A stretch of 62,822 nucleotides of DNA, filler included, from Phoronis australis (GCA_002633005.1; 6 parts of 6 records of this genome joined end to end with filler, not necessarily neighbours in it); one strand, 5' to 3'. Shown: positions 10,796 through 24,486, numbered from the whole stretch's first letter. Made by a program: numbers and translations. Notes: generated by a model not told the origin, from the letters alone.

Positions 10796-11719
10796 TGTGT
10801 ACGTTGTTCGTAGGTATAATTTGGTTTCTCCTCTTCCGGTTGCTGTTCGATGAAATACAGATGTTCATGTAAGCCCAGACGTCTTTTATTACGTGTCCTG
10901 GTGGCAGTAGCAATCGAACCATGGCCAGAGCAGCGAAGCAGTGTTGGTGATTGACTAAAAGTGAAACTATCACCAATTTTGATAAGTGTGCAACAGGAGT
11001 ACTCAATCGGACTTTGTTTAAGTATTCAGCTGTTACCTAAGCTTGATGTCAACAATGGTGTATGACGTTTACAAACATTTCTTTGTGGCGTACTCTTATT
11101 GGTTATATTGGCGTATCGCATTTGATGCGGCGTTTGGTTTCACGATGAGTCACAGCCGAATTTCTTTTCAAAATAAGACGTGTTTTGGTTTTCTCCCAAA
11201 ATTCTATATTCCTTTTCTAATTCTTACCTGTCGTAGGCATACTACGCGAGCTGGTAAGAAAACAATTACAAAACGAACAAGTTTACATTCTGCAAAAATA
11301 TTTTTCTTATAATAGTTACGGCTGATACTCCGGCAGTAAAATTACTATTACGGTAATATATGGTTCGGTTGAGCAAGTTATAAATATCACTTTGACGTGT
11401 TCAATATCAATCTTATTCTAATCGAAAGATTATTTTATTTAAAACATCAACGTTCACAAATACGGGTCTTCGTTGGAACATAGAAAACACACAAACAACG
11501 CTGCCTAACACGTCATAAAGTCTCTGTCACAACTTGGAGAACAATATAACTTAAGTGTTATCACTCGATCCGAATTTTGCGGTCTTTCTGCAAGCCGATT
11601 ATGCGTGGCAAAAGGCCAGAGTCCCCTTGAGGGGTTTAGTTGACGATACAGACGCTGTACCTGAATCCCGTCGACGCACAGCAGGTCAGAAACTAACCCA
11701 CTTAAACCTCATTTGGCCA

Positions 11720-13122
11720 ACTATTGTCTTGTGATTGCCCGTAGTGTTAGTGTCAAACAAAGAAGGGTAAGGCAAGGAAATCCATTGTAGCCTACATTGC
11801 TTTCAATTTTCATAAATGATTTAATAATTTGAACAGTTGTAGCAAACGGTGTCAATTTTAATGGATGTAATTTATCCTGTCTCTTGTATGCAGATTTCAT
11901 TGTGATTTTTTCTGGCAATGAAACCTATTTACAGGATTTACTTAACGTATAGAGTAATTGGTGTGCAACGTGGCAAATGTCTGTAAAATTTTCCAAGACT
12001 GATGTTGTTCATTTTCGCAAGAGAGGACATGTAAGAACGAGCTTTGAATTCATTTTTGCGATCGCATTGTGAATTTAAGAGAATGCTATAAGTATCTGGG
12101 TGTAACTCAGAATGAGTTTATGGGTTTCAGTTTGACAGCTAAGATACTGGCAAACTCCAAGTCCAGAGCGTTGGGAGCTCTAGTGAGCTTGTACAAACAT
12201 ATTGGTAACAGTGAATGTTTTGAAAAGTCTGTAGCTTCAATTCTATGATATTGATCTGGAATTTGGGGATACTCTCAATACTCCAAACGCGAAATGATCT
12301 GAACGAGAACTCTACGTATATTTTAGGGGTCCACCAGTATGCTGCCAATGCTATTATACTTTATGGCTATTCAGATTGGCCACATTCACACTACAAACAA
12401 CATGAAAATATGCTAAGACTCTGGAATCGTTTAGTTCTAATGGATGAAAGCAGAATTGCAAAAAACTCTTTTTATGGGACCTTAAACACCGGAACTCCTG
12501 TAACTGGTCAAGTTCAATATTTAAAATTATGGAGAATTGCGATTTTTTAGAAAATATCAGGCACAAACAAACTGTGTCTCTCGAAAACTTCAAAACATTC
12601 AGGTTCCAGTTAGAAGAATTAAACTGGTTAAAAATGATCACTGAAAAACCAAAACTGTGCTTATATAGGTCTGTTAAGAATGACTATTGTGTAGGAGAGT
12701 GTTTATGTCTGCCGGTGTCTCAGAAGTCCGTCGTAGCTCGACTGAGAGCAGTTATTCTGTGAATGAACGGATTTGTCGTGTTTGTAAAAACGGAACTGAA
12801 GATGAAGTTCATTTCATTTTTGATTGTGAAAAATATACTTACATTCAGTCATTTTTATACGGGATTCTGCCCTACCTCAAATATTCCAAAATAAGTTGAA
12901 AGGTCTACCGAAATTCATTCAAGACGCTTTGCAGGTTAGAAGTAATTATGTGTGTGTAAACTAGTCTGAAGTGGTCATATTTGAGCGTGTGCAATATGTT
13001 ATGTAATGGTTTAATAATTATTAGGTGACTGAGTAAACCCATTGAGGCTGGGGGGTGTGGTGAATATTCTGTCTTTGAGATTGTATTTACTGGCACCCTT
13101 GTGTCACTATAATAAATAATAA
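11720..13122 (+). mobile_element. Degraded non-LTR retrotransposon (LINE) 3' portion
   Basis: Frameshifted fragments KT.VVHFRK, YKYLG, LRLWNRLVLMDESRIAK, KPKLCLY, and the C-terminal Cys-His motif ERICRVCKNGTEDEVHFIFDC. Ends in AATAAATAATAAT. Confidence 0.75.
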
Positions 13123-13129
13123 TCAGAAG

Positions 13130-16100
13130 CCATTACGACTTTCAGACATCTGGAGGACATTTCATTGGTTTTTCTGATATTCGCCTCCAACCCGATGTAC
13201 GCCTGGAAGACCTATATCAGCGATACATGTCATTCATCGAAGACAGTTTGCTCGCCGGCCAAGACAATACCATTCTACATCATGGCGTGCTTATGACAGA
13301 CGAGGAAGAGATATCTTCGACATTAGAGAACTTAGCAGTCCTCACTTGGTTACGCTTGATTCACCCAGGTTTGCCTCATCTCGTCCAACAACGATTATGG
13401 TCTCGAACTCCGAAGTAAGTCGCTTGCATCGATCCAACCGGAAATTTCGTAGGCACTCCAGCCATTGCTAGACGATTTAAACACTCGAAGATACCAAGGC
13501 GTGGCGGGCTTTCCCTCGCAAGGCAACCTCATTCCTTCGCCGAAGCCCAGCAAAGTCATGTCCACTGTGTAAACAGGCTCATCGCTCCCAGTTTGATCAT
13601 TACTTGTCTCAGTGTTCCTACCTACCCGCAGAAGACAAACGCTATTTCATGAAGGCCCGCTTCTCCGAGGTTGGTGATCCCAGTCTCTCAGTGAGTCCCG
13701 ACGAGATTTGTGATCCCGCCCGAGGAGTCCATAGCGAAACGAGTGCACATTATCCAGTCACCTTTCATCGACGCTGTGTACCACGATCAACCGGTACGGA
13801 TTGCTCTCGATTGTGCATGACGGCGTTTCTCCGTTCAGTGACTTTACCAGACGTAATGAGTTGTGAGCGTGTGATAACATCTAACTTCTTTGTTAACTTC
13901 TAAGCACAATCTGTTGTCTGGTATGACAACAGGCAGGCCAATCACAGGCTTATTACAGTCACACAGTCAAACCCAGAGCGAATTGGCACATTCGGTAAGA
14001 ATAGATTATCGTAACATCGGTTGTGGTTGGGCGATTTTGGCAATTCGAAAAGTAAACCAGGATCACCATTTGACGAGGATTTCAGAAATGCTATTGGGTT
14101 ATGTTCAAATATGTTATAATTTAACTTTTATGTTAGCGCCACAGCCCAGACAGAGTAGATATGATCTTACTGGAGATTAGTGCAATTATCGAACAAAAGA
14201 AAGCTGGCCCTCCAACCATAAATGCCAGAATGGAGTTAATCAGTCGTGTAAGATATTGGCTAAAGGGGTGTTCTTCACAACTTGTTGTTGGGCTATAGAA
14301 TCGATTAAGTTGGGTGCAACGGGAAAACGCCGTAATGTGGTGCTACAGGAAATATGATACACGAATCTTGTGCCCGATCACTCGGTATACCTATCATCCC
14401 CAACACACAGTATGCTTTCCAAACTGATGGTGTCTCCCCACTTGATATTGTCGGCGAAACCAAGATAACTTTCATGCTTGATAGCCACAAATTGATTTTC
14501 GAGGGCCTAGTCATTAAGACACTTGATGTAGACGTCCTTGCTGCTGCCGCATTTATGGTGAGAAACAAGATTTCCGTGTACCCAGCTAAGAAAGAGGTTG
14601 GTGTAGGAGAAGTCGATGTCTATCGCTATGATCATTCTAAGTCTTTGTCAAGACAGCCACTAGTCCGTAGAACACACGTTCTGCGTTCCCCTCCTTCAGC
14701 CACTGTGGTATGGCCAGGGGACAGCTTCGACATTGAAGTCCCTGCTGATTTATACACCGGTGACCTAAAGTCGTGAATATAAGCATAATAAGTGCCGATT
14801 GTCATACTACCCAATGTCCGTTAGCAACTGCTCATGTGATGTCATGGACATATGTCAGCCTTCGCAAATATACGTGTTTTGACAATCTTAATCCTTGTTT
14901 GTCTCCGTAAGCAGAGTTTTGAAACGATCGCTGATATCGGCGGCCATTTTGAATGAGGCCCTAAAGTCGTGACCGTTTCGGTTAGACGGAAATACACGAA
15001 GTAAGACCTCACAAGTCAACTACAGTGCGTACAGTTACTCTAGATGACATAAAAATGCATTGCATTGTTTATTAATTCAGTTTCAATTGAAATAAATTGT
15101 TATAAGTTTTGCACCCAACTTTGATGTGCACAGACGTTTTCAATGAGGTTGTTCACGTAAAACGCTAAGAACCCAGCATCAATTATCGCTCTGTATTTTA
15201 TTGTTTTGGCCTTACAAAACTTGATCAACCCTGGGACATTTTGATACATTGTTCAAGCTACCCCTGGAGCGCGTGTTTGAGTAAATCTGAACGATAAATA
15301 TTTTCGAAAATATATCCCAAAAATGCCCAAAAAAGTGAATTAGTGAAATATGCTGTTTTTAAGATACATTTGAAAAAAGAAGCCACTCACTCACTGTTTG
15401 TTATCATATTGTCAATACGAACACGTCCCGGTATTCGTTTGACGTTCGTAAGCAGACGAACGCTGGAAACTTCAACGCCAGATGTCGCAGGACCGCGCAG
15501 AAGAGGAAATAAGATCGCTCACGACTTTAGGGCAATCACGACTTTAGGGCCTCTGACGGTACTTGGACGTAACCAGGAGATAGCGATTAAACCCTGAACA
15601 GATTCCCCAAGTGCCCGATGTTGCGACACTACTGATTTGTGGCCCAAACCACAAATCATTACTGCTGACCAGGGCAAGGTACACCTACTAAATGACACAA
15701 ATGAACCCCGGTTCTTACACAAGGACGAAAACTTTAGTCAGGTTCACCACATCTTCCCACCTGTACCTATAATGGTAGCACCTTCCCAAACATCCTCACC
15801 AACCACGCAGCATGTCCAGCATTTTCGCTTTGCTGCAGTCTATCCCTATGGAGTTTTACCTGATGTCACCCGGAAGGCTTTCGAACGCCTCCATGAGTCC
15901 TTAGCTGCTATCTTCACCCCCAATTTTACCGGATACAATGGATCCGCTGGTCCCTTTGAAGCCTTTGTTAACATGGGTCCCACTCGGCCGCCCCAACGCA
16001 AGGGTCGTCTACCTATGTACATGTACTCACCAGCAGAGCTCCACGACCTCCAACAGAAATTCGACGACCTTGAGGCACTCGGCGTCTGTGTTCGTCCCGA

Positions 16101-16800
16101 AGATGTGAAGGTCCAAGTTGACCATCTTAGCCCATCCTTCCTAGTCAAAAAACCTAGCGGCGGATTTCGACTCGTGACAGCCTTTGTGAATTTTGGAAGA
16201 TATGCCAAACCCAACCATCACTCATGCCCGATGTAGATTCGGTCCCACGCAAAATTGCCCAGTGGCGATTTATCGCCAAGACGGACCTCACGAGTGCCTT
16301 TTATCAAATTCCCCTGTCTCGTGAGTCCATGAAGTACTGCAGCGTGGTAACCCCCTTCCATGGCATTCGTATCTGTGCCAGATGTGCTATGGGGATGCCG
16401 CGTTCAGAAACAGCATTAAAGGAGCTTACCTGCCGTGTTCTTGGTGATCTTCTCGAACCAGGCATCGTAACCAAGTTGGCCGACGACTTGAACTGTGGTG
16501 ACCAGACTCCATCTGAACTACGTACCAATTGGAAACTGGTACTTTCTGCCCTTGACACCTACCAAAACTGTCATTTCCCCCAAGCGCACGACTGTCATAG
16601 GTTGGATATGGAAAGGTGGCACTCTTCAGGCTAGCAGTCCTCGCATCGCTACACTTGCTTCGTGCAACAAGCCTACAACCGTGCGTCAGATGCGTTCATT
16701 CATTGGTGCCTTCAAGGTTCTGTCAAGGGTTATCTCTCATTGCTCCGCCTATATGTCTCCATTGGATGATGTTATTTCATGCCGCGATTCCAAGCCTTGG
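13130..16800 (+). mobile_element. Degraded Ty3/Gypsy-like LTR retrotransposon (gag-protease-RT), interrupted by insertions
   Basis: Gag-like LENLAVLTWLRLIHPGLP and CPLC..H...C knuckle; protease (ID)..GATGNMI; [53 protein letters not shown]. Multiple frameshifts and stops. Confidence 0.85.
14755..15559. mobile_element. Non-autonomous DNA transposon inserted at TA in the Gypsy pol region
   Basis: CCTAAAGTCGTGA occurs twice near the left end and inverted twice at the right end; TA on both flanks. Gypsy frame appears to continue across it (VPADL / LGRNQEIAIKP). Confidence 0.7.
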
Positions 16801-16964
16801 CTTTCACACTTCCTGGTTCATGAACTCGGTTCGTGAAATTCTCATGACCTCCACTAGAGTCGCCAACATGCGTGTGATGTCAGCGGTACAGGCCTCGTAT
16901 CCAAGCCTCAAGACGGCGCTGATAGGTTTAGCCATTTGAGGCTTGCTTATGGGAAATGAAATGT

Positions 16965-19900
16965 CACCCCGGCCCGGAAGGCGATCGAGAACGAAACCTT
17001 ACACCAAAAATGGCAGACGACAGTGAAGTACCCGGTTAGTTTAAGTGTCATTTTCTTTTTAAATAGAGGCTACTTTGGTACCGATGCGACACATCGAAAA
17101 GCGTCAGAGCTTAGCCTTTGTTGTGGATCTGAGATAATACTTGGCTTTTGCTATTTTTTGAAATAAAGACCGCAGAATGCAATGGCTTTCGGTAAAATGA
17201 CTTGCGTCTCGTAAATTCGTCAATTTCTACTTGTTATTAGCAATTCCTGGGTTCTTTAGTGGACACGTGTGACGTTTATAGTGAAATCGTCTCTGGTGAC
17301 ACCTTTGTTAGTTATAATATGTGAAACAATTCGCGCTATCTACCGATAAAAGCAGGTCCTTGTGTGAGACGGCGATCGGGAACGAAGCTGTTAATTCTCC
17401 ATGGCGATCGTGAACGCAAAAAAATGCGATCGTGAACGCACGTTTTTTTCTGTGCATTTTCCTGAATAATTGTTCAGTATTATGTCAATAGTTTTAGAAT
17501 AATACGACCATGAAGTAGTTGACTGGTCAATTGTTTGTTATACTTTCACCGTTTCTTATGATTTCTGTATGAGATTTAGCCTCACAAATATGATTAAATG
17601 CGTTTGATTTTTCAGTTGAACTGTAGCCGCATGAGGAGTCGTTCAGAGTGTTAACACACACGCCTTCAAAAAAGAGTACCGGTAGCACAACTGCTGCATG
17701 TGACAAAGGGCTGCGTATGCATATATGTTGTGGAGCTTCGTTCAGGAAGAAACCTTTTTTGTATAACCACATGACAATAAAACACAGTGTCACTCACTAG
17801 TTGCAAGCAAGACCTTTACCAGCCCCGTGTTGCATGGGGCAAGATTTTTTATTGTATAAGAAAACACAATATGAAGCATAGTGCTCAGGAACCAAGTTGT
17901 TTCAGTGCCCTATCTGCGATCAATGTTTCACAGAAAGAGTAAGCCTGAGAACACTCCTCGTTGTAAGTTGTGAATGTGTCATGCAAAGAGTATGCCTCCT
18001 TCTACAGACATGAGAATCAGAATGACCATGAATAAAATTATTCAGTCCAGTAGTGAAAGTTGTTAATTCACAAAACTTTATTCAGATTTACAGAGTTTAT
18101 GGTTGGTAGTTGTCTGATGTGATAGTATTTTGACGTTTTATTTTGAACCTTTTCCTATTTGTGTTATTTCAGCAGCATCTTTAACAGAACCAGTGCATGT
18201 TTGTTGTGTTTGTGTACATTTTAATGGCCACTCTATGTGTCATTGGGTGATTCTTGCATACAATTGTTAAGACCAATTAGTATTTAAAAAAAACATATGT
18301 CTGCCATAACTGTAGAAACTGTTTTCATATTGTTGTTGATTCCCTCTGAGAGAATTTTATACTACGAACCGGTCCAAAATAGATTGTCTATGATTCAGTG
18401 ATGATTTACTCTAATACACTCCAAAAATAATTCGCAGGAAATGTACACTGGATGTGTTATGTTGATTTCCCTAAAGCAATGTTTTACATCTTTTTTCCGT
18501 ATAACCAATTTTGAGATATGTGTGATAAAAGATTAATAATATTATAGAGTTGCTTTAATATTGTTGTTGATTTCCTGTGTAATCACTACATTGTGTCTTG
18601 ATGTGATGTTAAAGACAACATTTTAACTACGTTTTTGAGAAAATCAGAATATAGTAGGTGTATTATATCTTGCCTCGCTCTTTTTCAATGTCATGTTAAA
18701 TATGAGATCATGAACTGAAGATGCACTCAGGACCAGTACTACAAAACAGAAGAGTCAAACATACGTTGTATATCCAAGCCACACAAGTACCACAAGTCAA
18801 TCTGTTCATCACTGTATCGATAATATCAGTGAAACATCCAAGAAAATATGACCCGTTTTATCAGCAAAACAGTTAACACTATTTATGGCATTTTTTTTTA
18901 AATCCCAGACGTTCATGAGCGGTAATCTTCGAATCACCTCACGAATGGTGTTGCAGCATTCTACTCGCTTCCCACAGGCACGCTCATCATCATTCTTAAA
19001 CTTCACTGGCGTATTTGTTTTTTTTGCTGTCACAATCTTGCAAGAAGATTCGGCACTCGCTTTCCAGGGGCGGATCCAGGATTCTGAGTTGGGGGGGGCA
19101 GGGCGCAGGAATAGTCAGAATTTTGCCACAAATGTAGAGATGCAGGGGCCTCGAATTTTTGGGTTTGTGGACCTTATTACTAAGAAAGGTACGCGGGTTT
19201 TGTTCAAGGCCTATGAATTGCGCATTAACCCCTCGAGCCCACTTGGGTGCGCGCATATGCTAGTCGGCAATTCGCACCCCGGACTGCCAAATGGTATCTG
19301 AGAGAATTTTACAGGGCATGGCCCCCTTGACAACCCCCCTCCTAAATCCGCCACTGCTTGCATCTGCATCAACAATTTGTTTACTCCTGGCTTACACGCC
19401 TCATGGAACAATTGCTGGGTGAGTCTTAGTTTAGAACCCCTTGTTCCACTTGTTTTCGTCTAAAAGTAAACGTCTGTATTCCAAAACCCTGATAGGGTGT
19501 ACTTTCACACCCTGATTAATCTGTTCGTTGAAGCTCGACTCACAATAATAACAGTGAACGTGTTTCATGAAATGAAAATAAATTCATTTGTGAAAATACC
19601 TATAACTAAAATAGGGCTTGATGTACATGTAGTCGTTCATTTTAATTTAAGGATAATCTATGATATTGTTTAATTTGGAAACGAAAGTAACAGTTATGAC
19701 TCAAAATGTGATTAATTCATTGCACCACACTTTTTTGTAACCCTTTTCACGTTTTATAACTAAAAAGTTCATAACTGTTTGGAACACCACGATGCGTTCT
19801 CGATCGCATAAACACTACAAAAATTTGCGTTTCCGATCGCTTATCTTTGTGTTCTCGATCGCATCTTTCAACAGAAAAGTGTCGAAAAATCAGAGATCCT

Positions 19901-20270
19901 GACAAAACTACGAAAAACAAGCGTTGTGTCATATTTTCACAAGTCACTTCTTCATAACTTCATGGTCAATTTATTGATTTAGTGCCAAAAATAACCGCAA
20001 TTTGCCAAAATGACATACGAATCCCCTTTGACTCAAGCGATGCCTCGTTCAACGTAACTTATCTCCAATAATTGGAACAGACACCAGCCCAAACCTCTAC
20101 CTGCCCTTCCTCATTGTGTTACGCCTTGAACTCATGTCTCTGTTTTCACATTGGAAGTAAAAACAACGTAAATTCATCAAGTTTACTCACCTTGCCTGGC
20201 TTCGCTTCTCGTAACCGGTTTCGTTCTCGATCGCTTTCCGGTCGTTCTCGATCGCGGGTTGGCCGGGATG
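16965..20270. mobile_element. 3.3-kb non-autonomous DNA transposon with CAYCCCGGCC TIRs and subterminal GCGATCGAGAACG repeats
   Basis: Ends CACCCCGGCC / GGCCGGGATG. The 13-mer occurs four times near the left end (16981, ~17373, ~17405, ~17426) and inverted five times near the right (~19795-20255). No intact ORF; TSD unclear. Confidence 0.7.
19065..19356. mobile_element. MITE, same family as 1907-2194, opposite orientation
   Basis: CAGGGGCGGATCCAGG...CCTAAATCCGCCACTG; flanks ctttc / cttgc (4 of 5 match); shared internal CAGATACCATTT and GGGTGCGAATTGC.GACTAGCA in reverse complement. Confidence 0.75.
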
Positions 20271-21149
20271 TTAAATTCTGACCTACTTTTTACAAAAATC
20301 GCCCGAATATCAGGAGTAATATAAAACATATAAACTTTTAAATTTTCCGCAGTATAATATAAAAATGACAACTAACGGTATATTGCAGCAATTTAGGTCT
20401 AAATTATATCAAAAAGTGATGTATTTTGATTCCAGAACAGATTAATTTCTATGATACTATTAATAAAAAAGAGTTGAAAATAAGTACCTCAACAACCTTT
20501 ATTTCAAACAATAACCGCAGCAATGAGTTCTGCTTCATGAATGGCAGCAACAACACCTGTGAAAATAATCAAAATCTGCCTGACGACAAGGCAGGGGCCA
20601 ATGATTGCGTAGAATGTGTTTCCCATAACCAAGCCCCAAACGGCTAAACACATCAGCGCCATCTTGAGGCTTGAGGCCGAGGCTGTAAGTATGAGACAAC
20701 TTTTTATTTTTTATAACATTTTTTCTGTTTAGACGCCATTTTTGTGAGTGTGTTTTAGTCACTCCCTTTCGGATCAATTGTAACAGCATATTCTGACCTA
20801 CAATGTGATGACCTAGTTACAGAGCAACGATGCCGTGGGTTTGGCTTGGGAAAATGAAACAATCTAGCTGTGCAGTTTTGAACGAGAGGTACAGTATGGT
20901 AATCAAAAAAAAGAACCAAATGATTTTCATTTGTTTTTATTTTTATTTTTATTTATCATAACCTTTGAGCAAAAGGTTGCGCTCAAGGTGACGCACTCAT
21001 CGAGTCAATTTGGGTCTTCCAGAGATTGGTTGCGTCAAATGATGAACACTACACATATGTACGAAAACACACAACACATGGGTCATTTGTACAAAAAACT
21101 TCATGGAGAGGGAGAATAGCTCCCCATCGGTCTAAAAATTTGGTGTGTT

Positions 21150-22440
21150 CAGAGTTCTTAAAATAAATATATTTTTCTATTTGAAATAATTTAGTACTTC
21201 TGTCTGCAATAGCTGAAAAACGGGATGACGCTTTTTATAGCGACAAATAAAGTGAATACGATATTTTGCAAGAGATTTATAATATAGATGTTACAGACTT
21301 GAAAGTCATATATGACAGTTTGCATATATAAAGACGGAGGTTAATCAGTTTTGCTAGCAAACCAGTAACTAAAAGATTTCCAAAATTTTTGAACCACCGA
21401 ACAAAACCAGTATAAGTGCAGGATAGTCTGATTCTCCTGACCATACAAAGTACACAAGTCAGTGTGAATAATATTAATCTTACGAATCTTACCACACCGT
21501 TGAAACCACCGGAGTCTAGTATATGTGAAAGTCATGCAAGAGTCATAGGACACATGAATTCTCACACTGTTTATTCAAGTTTGGAAGAAGTCGTTCATAA
21601 ATTAACTCTGTTCCCTTTTCGCACTGCACGATATAGTGTAAAAGCTTCGGTGTATGAGGTAGTATTAAACTAAAACTAAAGATTTTTCTTTCCTTTCCAT
21701 GTCGATGAGATTGTTTTTATATAATACCTTCTCAGAGATGGGCGACAAAAGACCGCCACAAACATGCACGAAATGGAGAATAAAATATACCATGGAGGGA
21801 AGAAGTAAAACATTCCTAGCATAAAACACGATGTACACGGCAGAGGATGGTATGAGGCGGGAAAACGAGTTTTGAGGACAAACCCGAAACACGACTTCAT
21901 CATTTGAGTACAAACAAGCTAATGAAGTTCAGAAAACCTTCGGATGGAACAAAGAAGTATTGCGTAAAAGAGAGCTGTGAAGAAATAGATCACAGTGTAG
22001 ATGTACACAAAAACAATCTACTGTAGAATAATGGACGGAGAAAAATATTCCCTGATAAATACAAGTACATTTAATTGAAATTAAATTTCACTTACAAACA
22101 TCGACTTAATTGGGTGCAACTCTTAAGGTTTTTTCATTTCGTAAATTAACGCTCGAAACTTCACAGAGCTGTTTTAGAGACCAACTGGAAGTGAACAATT
22201 GTTTCTGCGATCGGATTCTCCACCGCAAAATAATTTTATTTCAGCTTCAACTTTTAAATAATGAAAGACCAAAAATTTTGGTTTTGGGTAAAATCTTTGT
22301 ACTGGAATTCAAACTTGAAATTATTTTTGATGTTTTTCCTAACACTTTAATACAAGCCAAAGACAAGAGTTAAGACTCTTTAATTCTGTGTTCAAGTATG
22401 TTATGATTTTAATGGATGATTTTTAATAATCCTAGTTTTC
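21150..22440 (-). mobile_element. Degraded L1/Tx1-like LINE ORF2 3' fragment
   Basis: DLCTLYGQENQTILHLYWFCSVVQKFWK resembles a zf-RVT motif; many stops; boundaries approximate. Confidence 0.6.
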
Positions 22441-23125
22441 ACTTGATGACCCTAGCATTTACGCTATGAGTTTTTGCCCGGAATCGCGTGTTGTTACTTG
22501 AGTTGTAGCTCCATCTTGGGGTCATCAAGTTCGAATTTTGACTAGAAATTGGTGCATGTAAAATATAGTTGACTTGAACACAGAATTTGTCTTGATATAC
22601 TTCATTTAGGAGTTTTTCTCTCTTTGGGCAGCATTTCCGTAGTGTGTACGGGCTAGGGTTGGATCTTTTTCGCGGGAGGGGGGGGGGTTCGATCGAACCC
22701 TACGACCCCCCTCCCTGACTACCGGTGTAAAAAGTGCTGTCAATCCATTATTTTTTGCAATTCTGGTTTGTTTGAGGGCTACCTGCAGCCGATGTCTCAG
22801 TAGCCACCCAGCAATACACAAATGCATCAGGGGCCGCCATCTTGAAGAAAAGTGTAGGTACAGCCGAACAAGGCAGTTTGGTGGGCTTTCCTTATTTCCT
22901 AATGAATTGAAATGACTTAAGCTATCCCGTCAAACCGGTTCCTATGCTATGTGGATACGCCCTGGTATCTTGGCAATCGTCTCCATCGCATCTCCCGTTC
23001 AAGGTATTCGAAATACGTAATTTTTCGATCAAGAATTGGACCTCAAAGCCACTCGCTCATTTATTGATTGGTGCGGTATACGCCCGGAAGTGATATGCGA
23101 TTTTTCACCTGTATCTCTAATGGTG

Positions 23126-23158
23126 ATATACATATACATATACATGTACATGTACATG

Positions 23159-23190
<32 letters not shown>

Positions 23191-23205
23191 TATATATATA
23201 TATAT
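23126..23205. repeat. (TACATA/TACATG)n-(TA)n microsatellite
   Basis: Directly visible simple repeat. Confidence 0.95.
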
Positions 23206-23824
23206 CTGATATATAGGTGATAGTTCCTAACGTTAGTTGAGTTGAGAAGTCCTGCTTAGCTGGTATTTTTGTAGTCTCCGACGGAGGTTATGTTGAACTT
23301 TGCTTGATGGACACTATAACGCCACCGGTGTCAATTTGCAAGAGTGGCAGCCGCGGATGGTGTAATTAACTAAATAAAGGGAAGTAAATTAGTAGTCACA
23401 AAGGCCCCTGATGCTATCGGTGGGACGTCATCTACTAAATAACGAGAATTATATTGAGATATGCACGCTCCTGGTGGCGGTTAGCCGCGTTGGAGACAGA
23501 GGGATGCCAAGGGTCCAGCTATAGTGGGAGGCTTTGGGCCCAAGGCAAACTATCGTCGATATATCTGATAGTTTTAATAGTATACGCCAGCACTCCTGGT
23601 CGCGTTAGCCGTTGGGAATAGTGAGATGCCAAGGGCTGAAGGCAAACAGTGCCAGGTGAGAAATAAATCTAGAGACAGTCCATTGACGTAAACAAATGCA
23701 ACCAGTATGACGCGCTCAAAATACAATGGATTCATCTCCCACAACAGAATAGGCCTTTTGCGAGTTGTTTAGCGAAGTCACGAAACACCGCGAGAATGTG
23801 CGAGATTTGATCGGAAGTGGGGCA

Positions 23825-23923
23825 NNNNNNNNNNNNNNNNNNNNNNNNNNNNNNNNNNNNNNNNNNNNTTAATTAATTAANNNNNNNNNNNNNNNNNNNN
23901 NNNNNNNNNNNNNNNNNNNNNNN
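23825..23923. other. Assembly gap with artificial TTAATTAATTAA spacer (also at ~44781, ~49906, ~52614, ~59646)
   Basis: The same N-run / TTAATTAATTAA / N-run structure occurs five times; the 12-mer places stops in all six frames. Confidence 0.9.
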
Positions 23924-24486
23924 NGAGACAGAACACATGTTTATTTCGAGACTAACAGTACAGGTCTTTGTTCTTAAACAACTTGAGGCTGCTGTTACGC
24001 GATCATCTGATATTCAATTTTTTACTCCCCGTCGGTGCTTCTTATGCTCTTGAATATTTGGTAGTTGGCTAAACCCACACACACACCACACCTTTTCATA
24101 TACGACTTTTCGCATGCTAAAAAGGTGTGTATAAGCAGATGTTCCAACAAAAATTTTTGCTGGTGGCGCGACTCATACCCAGATGTGCACAAATATGGTT
24201 TCACGAAACTTATGAGCCACGTTCATGCGACGAAATCGAGAAGGATTTTAAATTATCTTAAGAAAAACTCAAGAGACATGTTAAGTGCCAGAAACTTACC
24301 AGGATGCATGGAAATTTCACTATTTGGCTACAAAAACAAAAAATTGTTTTACACGGAGGGGGGAAACCCCCCCTCCCGACCCCCCCTCTCGGGGCCACGC
24401 GCCTAGGATTCGACCTTTGCGGGAGTCCTAAACCCCCCCCTTACTGAAAACGTAGATCCGCCCCTGATGTTGTTTTTATTTTGTAG

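Larger units (their letters stand above)
16889..20685. mobile_element. Outer TIR element (~65-bp imperfect TIRs, TA flanks) hosting nested insertions
   Basis: Left CAGGCCTCGTATCCAAGCCTCAAGACGGCGCTGATAGGTTTAGCCATTTGAGGCTTGCTTATGGGAAA is inverted at 20619-20685 (...GCGCCATCTTGAGGCTTGAGGCCGAGGCTG|ta). Confidence 0.75.

Noticed and set aside
23869-23880. Recurrent TTAATTAATTAA palindrome as a biological motif
   Set aside because: Always centred in N-runs; an assembly spacer.
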